Source of the DNA: Deltaproteobacteria bacterium
GTDB lineage: Bacteria; Desulfobacterota; Dissulfuribacteria; Dissulfuribacterales; DYLC01
Assembly: GCA_028695735.1 (NCBI GenBank)
Contig: JAQVIJ010000004.1
Location: 64,671-128,670 of the forward strand
Length of the DNA stretch: 64,000 bases
Direction: 5' to 3'
The notes under the pieces were generated by a model. That model was not told where the DNA came from, searched no databases, and saw only the letters and a program-made list of their open reading frames with translations. Below are positions 26,535 through 35,322 of this stretch, piece after piece. The translations under genes were made by a program, and so were the position numbers. How positions within the stretch are numbered: the stretch's first letter is position 1; each line of letters starts with the position of its first letter.

Positions 26535-29391
26535 TCAGGAACAGGATCGCTACGCCATGCGCGTTCGCTGGAATGGACGGTTGTTTCAAGTGAGCGCGGC
26601 TAAAGTCTTTGCCCCCTCTCTTCAGGCCGCACTGTTGCTTTCCCATCACCTGCCCGTGGAGATCTCCCTGATAAATGCCATGCAGAAAGGCGAAGAACTG
26701 CTTCTGGATTTGGCAAAACAGGCATATTTTGTGTTGGAGCCCAATTGGCTCATCAATGTCACCACACTCACACAACTGGATTATTGCAAACGAACCTATC
26801 TCAACCAGCGTTTTTCCATACGCAAAACCAACAGGTTTTTGATCAAGGGTTCCGTCATTCATGCCGTTTTTGAGGATATCTTAAAAAACCATACGGATCA
26901 CGAGGCATTGAGGCAGAAGATGTCGAATGTCTTAAACAGTTATGCCCTGGAGTTTGCATTTCTCGATTTGAATATTGAGGAACTTGAAAGTGATATCAGG
27001 GGACATCTGAACAGGCTCTATCTATATCGCAAACAAAAACTGAAAAAAATCAGCAAGATATTTACAGAACGCTATCTCATTGACAACAGGATGGGCTTGA
27101 AGGGCAAGATCGATGCGGTGGTGGAATACGAGGACGGCAGTCTTCAGGCCCTGGAACTCAAGACAGGCAAGGGCTGGGGCGCCTTTGCAAAGAGGGGGCA
27201 TGCCTTTCAGGCCCAGGCCTATTCCCTGATGCTTAAAATGAAGTTTCCGGAAAAGCGGATACTGGCGCCTGTGATCATATACTCAGGCGAGGATAAAAAG
27301 GCCGAATTTCTTACACGCAGGGTAGCCATGTCCTATGCAGACACGGTCAATCTGATGAACATGCGAAACGAGCTCATAGCAGCAGACCTGACCGGCAGGC
27401 TCGATTTCCAAAGGGATGAAAGGCGCTGCGCCAGGTGTTCGAATCGCTTTGAATGTGAATTTCTGGCGGAGTTGTGCCACGGTGAGGGCGTGGATGCAAA
27501 GGTGTTCAATGTCTATGTGAAGGCCATGCTGGAGGAATACAGCCTCATAAAGCGGACCCAGGGCCGTTATTTCGCCATGAATGCCCAGGAGCGCATGAAG
27601 CAGGGCCGGTGCCTTCAGGTCTTTGCCAGTGAAAAAGGCGATGATACCAGTGAATTGATCCTTTTTTGCGAGAACAATTCTGAACTCAGAGAGGGCGACA
27701 GGTGTCTGCTGAGCGATGCTGAGGGGCCATTGGGGCCTCATTGTGTGGAGTGTGTGCTTTCGCATGTGGAGCATGACAGAGTGGGGGTGACGCTTGCACA
27801 GCCCGTAACCGAACTCTGGTTCAGGCCGGAATATTTAGACATACACTCGTCGGAGACCCTTTTCGAGGTGAATTTTGCTGGATTCATCGAGCTGTTCAGG
27901 AATGCCGGGCTCAGGGACCTGCTGAAACTGTTGCACCAGACCCATGCTGCCGGCCCATGCCAGCCGGCCTTTAGTGGTGTATCGCATGTGCCCGATGTCT
28001 GCTGCGGTGAGGTGTCCTGCGCCGAGGACGACCTGTCGGCCTCTCAGCGTCAGGTCATTCAAAGGTCGCTTGAAGACGAAAGGCATCTGCTGGTACAGGG
28101 GCCTCCAGGCACCGGAAAGACATACACCATAGCCCGCATGATTCATGCCTTGCGCAAGGCGGGTAAGCGGGTCATGGTGGCCTGTTTCACGCATCGAGCC
28201 GTGGAGGAGGTCTGTCTCAAGCTCATGGCCGCGGCGCCTGATCTGGAGTTCTACTGTCTGGGTTTCATATCGAATCTCAATGGACAAATCCCTTGTCTGG
28301 AACAGGTGATATCAGGCCATGCCACTGTAAACGGCCGTATGGCAGTCCTGAAGGACCTGGCTGCCCGCAACCCTGTTTATGTGGCCACCACCCATGCCTG
28401 GTTTTCCGGCAGGTATGATGCCCTGGCCACGGAGGAATTATTTGATGTCGCCATAGTGGACGAGGCAGGGCAGCTTCTGCTTCCTCAGACCATCGGGGCT
28501 GTCAGGCTGGCCAGACGTTTTGTCCTGGTTGGGGATCACAGGCAGCTTCCGCCCGTAGTGCAAAGTCCCAGGGCCGGCCTGCTCAAAGAGACGCTCTTTG
28601 AACTCATGCTGAAACACAGCGATTCGGCGGTGAACAAGCTCATGCTGACCGAGCAGTTCCGTATGCCTGAGCCGGTTGCAGACCTGATTTCAAGGGAATT
28701 TTATGAAGGAAGACTGGTATCGGCCCCTGTATGCACGGTGGACAGGGGCGCATTGCATGTACCCGATGGGGGTATGGCGCTACACGGTGTGAATAATCTG
28801 CTGGAGTGTCTGTGCACCAGCCCCCTGGTGTTGATGGATGTGCCGTCGCCGTCTTGCATGTCCGGCGCTACGGTCAAGCAGAACCTGCACGAGGTAAACG
28901 CCGTAATAGGTGTTTTAACAGCATTGAATTTCAATGGTGCCTGCCTGGAGGTCGAGGGTAAAAGGCCCCCGCTGGGGATCATAGCCCCATTCAGGTCACA
29001 GGTTGCAGCGCTGCGCAAGGCCGTTCAGAGGCATTTTGGTGTCCATCTCAGTGGGCCTTTTGAAGTCAGGGCCATGGTGGATACAGTGGACCGGTTTCAA
29101 GGGGATGAGCGGGATGTCATGTTGTTGTCCCTGTGTATCCCCAACGGAGAGCTGCCTGAGCTCTATGCGGATGCAAGGCGGCTGAATGTGGCGGTGTCCA
29201 GGGCCAGAAAACAGCTCATTGCCATAGGCGATTGGCAATTGGCCGAGAATCTGCCGGTACTGGCCAGCTTCAAGGAAAACGCCCTGAAACAGAAGGGCTG
29301 CCTCTACATAGACAGGGAATCATGCAGGGAGTATGTCTTTGGTGCAGGCTTGCCGGGTCTTTCAGGACGGACAAATGCCCACCAGTTTTAG
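26467..29391 (+). CDS. Dna2-like protein: Cas4-type PD-(D/E)xK/Fe-S nuclease domain plus an SF1B (Upf1/Dna2-like) helicase
   Basis: Start at ATG 26467. Nuclease motifs DYCKR, KGKIDAVVE..ALELKTGK, QAQAYSLM and CARCSNRFEC. Helicase motifs GPPGTGKT, VDEAGQ, GDHRQLPP and RFQGDERDVMLLS..NVAVSRAR. Confidence 0.75.
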   Translation: MSMSHAADGHLHPYIQGSLEEIFQEQDRYAMRVRWNGRLFQVSAAKVFAPSLQAALLLSHHLPVEISLINAMQKGEELLLDLAKQAYFVLEPNWLINVTTLTQLDYCKRTYLNQRFSIRKTNRFLIKGSVIHAVFEDILKNHTDHEALRQKMSNVLNSYALEFAFLDLNIEELESDIRGHLNRLYLYRKQKLKKISKIFTERYLIDNRMGLKGKIDAVVEYEDGSLQALELKTGKGWGAFAKRGHAFQAQAYSLMLKMKFPEKRILAPVIIYSGEDKKAEFLTRRVAMSYADTVNLMNMRNELIAADLTGRLDFQRDERRCARCSNRFECEFLAELCHGEGVDAKVFNVYVKAMLEEYSLIKRTQGRYFAMNAQERMKQGRCLQVFASEKGDDTSELILFCENNSELREGDRCLLSDAEGPLGPHCVECVLSHVEHDRVGVTLAQPVTELWFRPEYLDIHSSETLFEVNFAGFIELFRNAGLRDLLKLLHQTHAAGPCQPAFSGVSHVPDVCCGEVSCAEDDLSASQRQVIQRSLEDERHLLVQGPPGTGKTYTIARMIHALRKAGKRVMVACFTHRAVEEVCLKLMAAAPDLEFYCLGFISNLNGQIPCLEQVISGHATVNGRMAVLKDLAARNPVYVATTHAWFSGRYDALATEELFDVAIVDEAGQLLLPQTIGAVRLARRFVLVGDHRQLPPVVQSPRAGLLKETLFELMLKHSDSAVNKLMLTEQFRMPEPVADLISREFYEGRLVSAPVCTVDRGALHVPDGGMALHGVNNLLECLCTSPLVLMDVPSPSCMSGATVKQNLHEVNAVIGVLTALNFNGACLEVEGKRPPLGIIAPFRSQVAALRKAVQRHFGVHLSGPFEVRAMVDTVDRFQGDERDVMLLSLCIPNGELPELYADARRLNVAVSRARKQLIAIGDWQLAENLPVLASFKENALKQKGCLYIDRESCREYVFGAGLPGLSGRTNAHQF

Positions 29392-29568
29392 CAATCCATG
29401 AGCAATCTTCACCTGTCATCTGTTGTGCCCCCAGTATTGACAGTACACCCCTGTGGGAAAGGGTCGCTTGTGTCTGGGCATCTGGCAACGCATCTTTTTT
29501 TGCGAATTTGACGGGCCTCGCACTCGCAATCTTTGGATAAAGACCGTATAAGAAACTATTATTTTGGC

Positions 29569-29599
29569 TTGACACCGCCTTGACCGTGTTGTTTATATA
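29569..29599 (+). promoter_or_regulatory. Candidate promoter for tRNA-Arg
   Basis: TTGACA (29569-29574) and TATATA (29594-29599) with a 19-nt spacer, ending 13 nt before the tRNA 5' end. Confidence 0.3.
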
Positions 29600-29612
29600 G
29601 AAAAATTTCAGC

Positions 29613-29685
29613 GCCCTCGTAGCTCAGGGGATAGAGCACAGGATTCCTAATCCTGGTGTCGCAGGTTCGATTCCTGCCGGGGGCA
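29613..29685 (+). tRNA. tRNA-Arg (anticodon CCT), CCA not encoded
   Basis: Cloverleaf folded by hand. Acceptor gccctcg/cgggggc with one G-U pair, D-arm gctc/gagc, anticodon stem cagga/tcctg with loop ttCCTaa, and T-arm gcagg-ttcgatt-cctgc. Confidence 0.85.
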
Positions 29686-29705
29686 ATCTTTTTTTGGAGG
29701 GAATC

Positions 29706-30848
29706 ATGTGTCGTTTAGCCCTTAAGACCGCCTCCATTCCCTTTTCTCCCCATGGAGTGCTTCAGGCCATGGAGTCCATGAGAGAAGGTTATGACGGCAG
29801 CGGCCTCGGTTTGCTGTTGCGTGGCGTCAGATTCACTGATTTCAATTATTCTTCCACCGATCCCATCTTTTCAGGTATAGCCCACACTGAACAAGCCCTG
29901 CATCGCTTCAACAAGTTCATGGAAGAAAAGGGATTTCTGCTCAAGTACGACCACCAGTTTGTCACGGACCTGTCTCGCATAGAGGCCAGGGACAGGCACA
30001 AGTATCTGGTGCGTGTGTATAAAAGACCTGAGAGCTGGTCCCGTCTCACACCAGAGGAACAGGAATACGAGTTGATGATGACCCGTCTTAGCCTGCGTCA
30101 CGACGGCGAAAAACACGGTGGCGACCTGACCGCCTTTTCATTCTGGCCTGATGTGGTCATGATAAAGGAGGTGGGATGGCCTCTGGAGGTAGGGGCTGCC
30201 CTGGGGTTGCAGGATGATCGCATTCTGGCCCGTCTGGTAATGGCTCAGGGCAGGCAGAACACCAACTGGGGCATCAATCTCTACGCCTGTCACCCATTCT
30301 TTATTCAGGGCATCGCCACCATGACCAACGGCGAAAACACCGCCTTTGTGCCCATTCGGGACTGGCTCATGGGCAGACGTTTCCCTGGCTATATGGGCTA
30401 TCAAAGCGACAGCGAGGTCTTTACTCACATTTTACATTATACCTTAAACCGCTTGAAGCTCCCACTTGAGGCATATAAGCATGTCATCACGCCCTTAAAA
30501 ACAGAGGAACTGGACCATCATCCACAAGGCGAGTTCCTGAAGGGCCTGCGCAATGTCTGCCGAAGGCTCATCATCGACGGCCCCAATTGCGTGATGGGTT
30601 CATTGCCCGACGAGACCTGTTTTATGGTGATGGATCACAAAAAGATGCGTCCAGGGGCCATCGGCGGCAGGCCGGGTGTATGGGCCATGGCATCAGAACT
30701 CTGTGGAGTGGATGCCATGGTGCCTGACAGGGACCCGGCCCTGGATTTTCAGCCCATGCGTGAGCACACAGTAGTGGTGTCTTCTGACAGAAAGGATTAC
30801 AAGATATGGTCGCAGTTTCATCCATTCCATCTTCCCCAAGCGATCTGA
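29706..30848 (+). CDS. Class II (Ntn) glutamine amidotransferase, glutamate-synthase large-subunit domain 1-like
   Basis: Start set at MCRLALK so the nucleophile Cys directly follows Met. First gene of a three-gene split glutamate-synthase-like cluster. Confidence 0.7.
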   Translation: MCRLALKTASIPFSPHGVLQAMESMREGYDGSGLGLLLRGVRFTDFNYSSTDPIFSGIAHTEQALHRFNKFMEEKGFLLKYDHQFVTDLSRIEARDRHKYLVRVYKRPESWSRLTPEEQEYELMMTRLSLRHDGEKHGGDLTAFSFWPDVVMIKEVGWPLEVGAALGLQDDRILARLVMAQGRQNTNWGINLYACHPFFIQGIATMTNGENTAFVPIRDWLMGRRFPGYMGYQSDSEVFTHILHYTLNRLKLPLEAYKHVITPLKTEELDHHPQGEFLKGLRNVCRRLIIDGPNCVMGSLPDETCFMVMDHKKMRPGAIGGRPGVWAMASELCGVDAMVPDRDPALDFQPMREHTVVVSSDRKDYKIWSQFHPFHLPQAI

Positions 30849-32452
30849 CATACGCTGACCTGCCCTGGCTCATCGAGCACAGGGAGGACAGGTGTGCGGT
30901 CTGCGGAAAATGTACGGCGGTCTGCCCTGTGCAGGCCATTCAGCTCACATACAGGCGTCAGCGCATAGTCGGGCTGGGTATGCTGGGCAAGGCCAAAAAC
31001 GACCCGTCCGTCAACTATCGCACCCTTTACGGCATCAAACAAAAGACCGATGTGGCGCATCGCTGTATTGGTTGCGGCATGTGCTCCATGGTCTGCCCCA
31101 ACGAGGCCATCAGGCCCATGCCCAACCCCAATGACCCACGCCTGAGATTCCACATGAATCAGGCTGGAGACGCCTGGAAACGGGGTGGCCGCAGAAACGA
31201 CAGGGACAGCCTGCTGGACAAGATCATCTTTACGCGCATCTCCATGCTCACTGACCCTGCCCTGGATGCAGGCAGACACGAGTTCTTCCTGAATACCATT
31301 TTAGGCCGTATCCTGCCCCCTGAGGAGTTTCTGCAGAGAAGGGCCAAGGGTGAGTGGATACCGCCCACGCGTGAGATATTCCCCTTCATCATCGGCTCCA
31401 TGTCCTTCGGCGCCCTTTCGCCCAACATGTGGCTTGGGCTTCTGCAGGGTGTGGCGTATCTGAACGAGGTCCTGAAGATACCCGTGGTCATGGCCACAGG
31501 CGAAGGCGGATGCCCTCCCTGGGTGTTGAAAAGCCCGTTCTTGAAATACATCATACTTCAGATCGCATCAGGTTATTTCGGGTGGGACGAGATCATTCGC
31601 GCCATTCCGGAGATGCAGTGTGACCCAGCGGCCATCGAGATCAAATACGGCCAGGGCGCCAAGCCGGGCGACGGCGGTCTGCTCATGTGGTTTAAGGTGA
31701 GCAAGCTCATAGCCAGGCTGCGCGGTGTGCCAGAGGGCGTGGATCTGCCGTCTCCTCCTGTGCACCAGACCCTCTACTCCATCGAGGAAAGCGTCATGAA
31801 GATGATTCAGACCATGTCCATGGCCTGGGGTTTTCGCGTGCCTGTCTATCCAAAGATATCGGGCACCACCTCAGCCAAGGCGGTTTTGAATAACCTGGTG
31901 AGAAATCCCTATGCCAGTGGCATGTTGATAGACGGCATGGATGGCGGCACAGGTGCAGCCTACAACGTCAGCATGGATTCCATGGGCCATCCCATCGCCT
32001 CCAATATCCGTGAGTGTTACTTAGACCTGGTGGCGCAGGGGCGAGAAAACGAGATTCCACTCTTTGCTGCCGGCGGCATGGGTAAAAACGGCAATATCGC
32101 CCAAAACGGCATGGCCCTCATTCTGCTGGGTGCAAGTGGCGTTCACATGGGCAAATACATCATGCAGGCAGCAGCGGGATGTCTGGGCAGTGAGCGGAAT
32201 CGCTGTAATGTCTGCAATATCGGCCTGTGTCCCAAGGGAATCACCAGCCAGAACCCCAAACTCTACAGAAGACTGGACCCGGATCAGGTAGCCCAGCGTG
32301 TGGTGGAGGTCTTTACATCCATTCGCACGGAAATGAAGAAGATCATGGCGCCATTGGGTCGTTCTCAGAGCCTGCCCATCGGCATGTCTGATGCCATAGG
32401 CATCAATGATGCTGCTGCGGCTGAACGGCTCAAGATTCGCTATATCTGTTGA
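30806..32452 (+). CDS. Glutamate synthase FMN-binding (GltB central domain)-like protein with an N-terminal 2x[4Fe-4S] ferredoxin
   Basis: CAVCGKCTAVCP and CIGCGMCSMVCP, then the GltS FMN-domain pattern (..IKYGQGAKPGDGG..PPVHQTLYSIEE..DGMDGGTGAA..). The start overlaps the upstream gene by 43 nt and is uncertain. Confidence 0.75.
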   Translation: MVAVSSIPSSPSDLTYADLPWLIEHREDRCAVCGKCTAVCPVQAIQLTYRRQRIVGLGMLGKAKNDPSVNYRTLYGIKQKTDVAHRCIGCGMCSMVCPNEAIRPMPNPNDPRLRFHMNQAGDAWKRGGRRNDRDSLLDKIIFTRISMLTDPALDAGRHEFFLNTILGRILPPEEFLQRRAKGEWIPPTREIFPFIIGSMSFGALSPNMWLGLLQGVAYLNEVLKIPVVMATGEGGCPPWVLKSPFLKYIILQIASGYFGWDEIIRAIPEMQCDPAAIEIKYGQGAKPGDGGLLMWFKVSKLIARLRGVPEGVDLPSPPVHQTLYSIEESVMKMIQTMSMAWGFRVPVYPKISGTTSAKAVLNNLVRNPYASGMLIDGMDGGTGAAYNVSMDSMGHPIASNIRECYLDLVAQGRENEIPLFAAGGMGKNGNIAQNGMALILLGASGVHMGKYIMQAAAGCLGSERNRCNVCNIGLCPKGITSQNPKLYRRLDPDQVAQRVVEVFTSIRTEMKKIMAPLGRSQSLPIGMSDAIGINDAAAAERLKIRYIC

Positions 32453-32515
32453 GAAATGGAGTGAACGGCTGTCGTCCCATCGGGGCGTAAATGGAAATAG
32501 AGAAAGAGGATTGTC

Positions 32516-34843
32516 ATGTCTGAAACAAACAATACGATTGTAATAAAAGGATTGAATGAGAACGGCCAGCGCATCAGTTCTCAGGAGTTCGAGAAACTGG
32601 TGCAGGAAGCGGCTGAAAGGTCGCAAAACCTCATATTGCACACATACGGCCAGCACAATGTGGGCGGACGCCTTTTAAAGGGCACCGGCTATCGCATAGT
32701 CTTGAAGGGCCCTGTGGGGCAGAGACTGGGGTGCATGGCCAGGCCTGGAGTCACCGTTGTCAGTGAGGGCTCCGCCTCCAATGATGTGGGCTATCTAAAC
32801 ATCGGGGCCGACATCATAGTGAAGGGTGATGCCGGAGATGGTGTCTGCAATGCCATGGCCCAGGGTCGGGTGATGATAGGCGGCTCCATTGGCGCCAGGG
32901 GGCTCACCATGAGCAAATGGAACCCTGAATATGCCAGGCCGGAGCTCTGGGTGCTGGGTTCCGTGGGCGACATCTTTGCAGAGTTCAACTGCGGCGGAAT
33001 CGGCGTGGTCTGCGGCATAAATCCAAAAAATGCAGAAAATGTCATGGGTTACCGGCCATGTGTGGGCATGGTGGGAGGCTGGATATTCTATCGCGGCAAG
33101 ACCGATGGCAGCTTCTCCAAAGGAGATGTGAAGGATACCGTCCCCAACGACGAACAGTGGCAGTGGCTCATCTCACGCTTGCCGGAGTTCCTGGAGGCCA
33201 TAGGCCAGCCGCAGCACCTGGCCACCCTTTCCAACAGGGACGAGTGGCGTATGCTCATTGCCCTTACTCCCCAGGAAAAGACACTCTCCAATCTGGGTTC
33301 CATGCCCATGCAGGACTTCAGGGCCAGGGTGTGGGAGGCTGCCTTTGGCGGGGATCCCTTGAGGGATATCGCCCCTGGCCTGGACAGAAGCCCCATCGGG
33401 CTCATCGTGACAGGCGAGCTCAGGCGTCGTGTCCCTTATTGGGCAAACCGCGCCAATGCCGCACCTTGCACCTTCTATTGTCCCACACACATCCCCACTG
33501 TGGAGCGTCTGCGCCTGATTCGGGAAGGAAAGATAGAGGAATCCTATGAGTTGACGCTGCGTTACACGCCCTTTCCGGCCTCTGTCTGCGGCGCCATCTG
33601 TCCCAATCTGTGTATGGAGCAGTGTTCCAGGCAGGGAGTGGATGCGAGCATCGACATAGCCATGCTGGGCAGAGCGGTTCTGGATGCCAAGTTGCCGCCT
33701 GCAAAACCCAATATCGGCAATAAGGTCGCCATCATAGGCGGTGGGCCTGCGGGCATGAATGCCGCATGGCAACTGGCACAGGAGGGCATCGAGGCCCACA
33801 TCTACGAAAAGGAAGAGAAGCTGGGCGGCAAGATCGAACAGGTCATTCCATGGGAGCGCCTGAATATCGCCATCTGGCAAAAGGAACTGGAGCGTTTTCT
33901 GCGAATGCCCAATATAGTCCTGCATCTGGGACATGCGGTCACTCAAGAGGATTTTGAACAGTTTTTGAAGGAATATGAGTATGTCATAGTGGCAGCCGGC
34001 GCCCATGAGCCCAGGCGTATTCCATTTCCCGGCTCTGAACGGGTCATTACCGCACTGGACTTCCTGAAATCCGTCAAGAGTGGCAAACCCATGCAAATCG
34101 GAAGGCGTGTGGTCATTATAGGCGCAGGCAATGTGGGTTGTGATGTGGCCTGTGAGGCATACAGACATGGCGCCGAACAGGTGATCCTGGTGGACATTCA
34201 AAAGCCCTTGGCCTTTGGCAAGGAGCGTGAGGCGGCTGAGAAGTTGGGTGCTGTCTTCAGGTGGCCTGTCACCACCAAAGAGGTGACGGATGAGGGCCTG
34301 GTCCTGGCGGACGGAGAGGTGATTCCCGCGGATACGGTCATGATCTCCATCGGTGATGTGCCGGCCTTGCCGTTTTTACCTGATACAGTGGAGCGTTTCA
34401 GGGGCTGGATCAAGACCGATGAGGCGGGCAGGACCTCTGATTCCAGAATATTCGCCATCGGAGACGTGGAAAAGCCAGGTCTTATCACCCATGCGCTGGG
34501 CGCGGGCAAACGCACAGCTGAATGTATCATTGCCCTATTGACCGGCAAGGAATGGCAGCCGTTTAAACAGCAGGTCATCGACAAAAAGGCCCTGACCACG
34601 GCCCATTATTGCCCCACTCATGGCAGTGGTTCCAGTGTGACGGACGAGGCGGACAGGTGCCTGAGCTGTGGTTCCTGCCGGGATTGCCATCTGTGCGAGA
34701 CCATCTGCCCCACCAAGGCCATTTCCAGAAAAATCCTGCCTGACGGCGGCTATGAGTATGTCTCCGATGATTCCAAGTGCATTGCCTGCGGTTTCTGTGC
34801 GGACACCTGCCCCTGCGGCATCTGGGTGATGAAGCAGGCGTAA
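32516..34843 (+). CDS. GXGXG-domain (GltB C-terminal-like) fused to a GltD-like FAD/NAD(P)H oxidoreductase and a C-terminal ferredoxin
   Basis: The N-terminal repeated G-x-G beta-helix pattern is followed by VAIIGGGPAGMNAA and VVIIGAGNVGCDVA dinucleotide folds, then CLSCGSCRDCHLCETICP and CIACGFCADTCP. Confidence 0.8.
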   Translation: MSETNNTIVIKGLNENGQRISSQEFEKLVQEAAERSQNLILHTYGQHNVGGRLLKGTGYRIVLKGPVGQRLGCMARPGVTVVSEGSASNDVGYLNIGADIIVKGDAGDGVCNAMAQGRVMIGGSIGARGLTMSKWNPEYARPELWVLGSVGDIFAEFNCGGIGVVCGINPKNAENVMGYRPCVGMVGGWIFYRGKTDGSFSKGDVKDTVPNDEQWQWLISRLPEFLEAIGQPQHLATLSNRDEWRMLIALTPQEKTLSNLGSMPMQDFRARVWEAAFGGDPLRDIAPGLDRSPIGLIVTGELRRRVPYWANRANAAPCTFYCPTHIPTVERLRLIREGKIEESYELTLRYTPFPASVCGAICPNLCMEQCSRQGVDASIDIAMLGRAVLDAKLPPAKPNIGNKVAIIGGGPAGMNAAWQLAQEGIEAHIYEKEEKLGGKIEQVIPWERLNIAIWQKELERFLRMPNIVLHLGHAVTQEDFEQFLKEYEYVIVAAGAHEPRRIPFPGSERVITALDFLKSVKSGKPMQIGRRVVIIGAGNVGCDVACEAYRHGAEQVILVDIQKPLAFGKEREAAEKLGAVFRWPVTTKEVTDEGLVLADGEVIPADTVMISIGDVPALPFLPDTVERFRGWIKTDEAGRTSDSRIFAIGDVEKPGLITHALGAGKRTAECIIALLTGKEWQPFKQQVIDKKALTTAHYCPTHGSGSSVTDEADRCLSCGSCRDCHLCETICPTKAISRKILPDGGYEYVSDDSKCIACGFCADTCPCGIWVMKQA

Positions 34844-34871
34844 TCAATTCTGCTGCAATGTATAAATGAAT

Positions 34872-34919
34872 AAGGACGATGCGGTCACACAGTCCGCATC
34901 GTCCTTATCGGCTTTTTTT
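34872..34919 (+). terminator. Rho-independent terminator of the glt-like operon
   Basis: aaggacgatgcgg / ccgcatcgtcctt stem with a 9-nt loop, followed by atcggcttttttt. Confidence 0.75.
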
Positions 34920-34971
34920 GAAGACTGTCATCGTATCCTGATGTTTTTACGCCTCTTGAGGAGTATGAAAT

Positions 34972-35322
34972 ATGGCATGTTCTACAGAATCAACGGCCGA
35001 ACAGCCTCCCTACCTCATTGCTCATTTAACAAAAGACGGTAAAGAGCAATCCCTTGTCACACATCTTCTTGAAACCTCACAACTGGCTGAAAAATTTGCT
35101 GCAAAGATTGGTCTGCCTGAAATCGGGGAAATTGCGGGCTTGCTGCACGACTTTGGCAAAGCCAGCGCAAAATTTCAAGGATATTTGCGTTCCAAACAAG
35201 GTTTGATAAACCCTGATGAAGACGGTTATGTGGACGCGCAGCGCGGCGAGGTTGACCACTCCACCGCTGGGGCGCAAGCAGAAATGATGAGAGGCCATGA
35301 CTTTCTTGCAGGAGATGAATAA
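34972..35322 (+). pseudogene. Stray N-terminal fragment of a Cas3 HD nuclease domain (116 codons)
   Basis: Contains Cas3-type HD motifs (THLLETS.., GLLHDFGK, DHSTAGA) but stops after 116 aa. Its TAA overlaps the ATG of the full-length cas3 (taATG). Confidence 0.55.

Noticed and set aside
11700-29600. Search for an integrase, transposase, excisionase or IS-type terminal inverted repeats associated with the island.
   Set aside because: No ORF with tyrosine or serine recombinase or DDE-type motifs was recognised, and the island ends are not inverted repeats. I therefore did not annotate any recombinase or IS element.
29613-29685. tRNA-Arg as the integration site of the island.
   Set aside because: The 117-bp direct repeats lie 3 kb upstream and share no sequence with the tRNA. 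No tRNA fragment was seen at either island junction.
33173-34201. Large antisense ORFs in housekeeping and cas genes (33173-34201, 39653-40231, 42349-43185, 56736-57965, 62098-63162).
   Set aside because: Each is opposite a gene with unambiguous family motifs (GltD-like, cas8c, cas1/cas2, mutS, tkt). None has motifs or ribosome-binding context.
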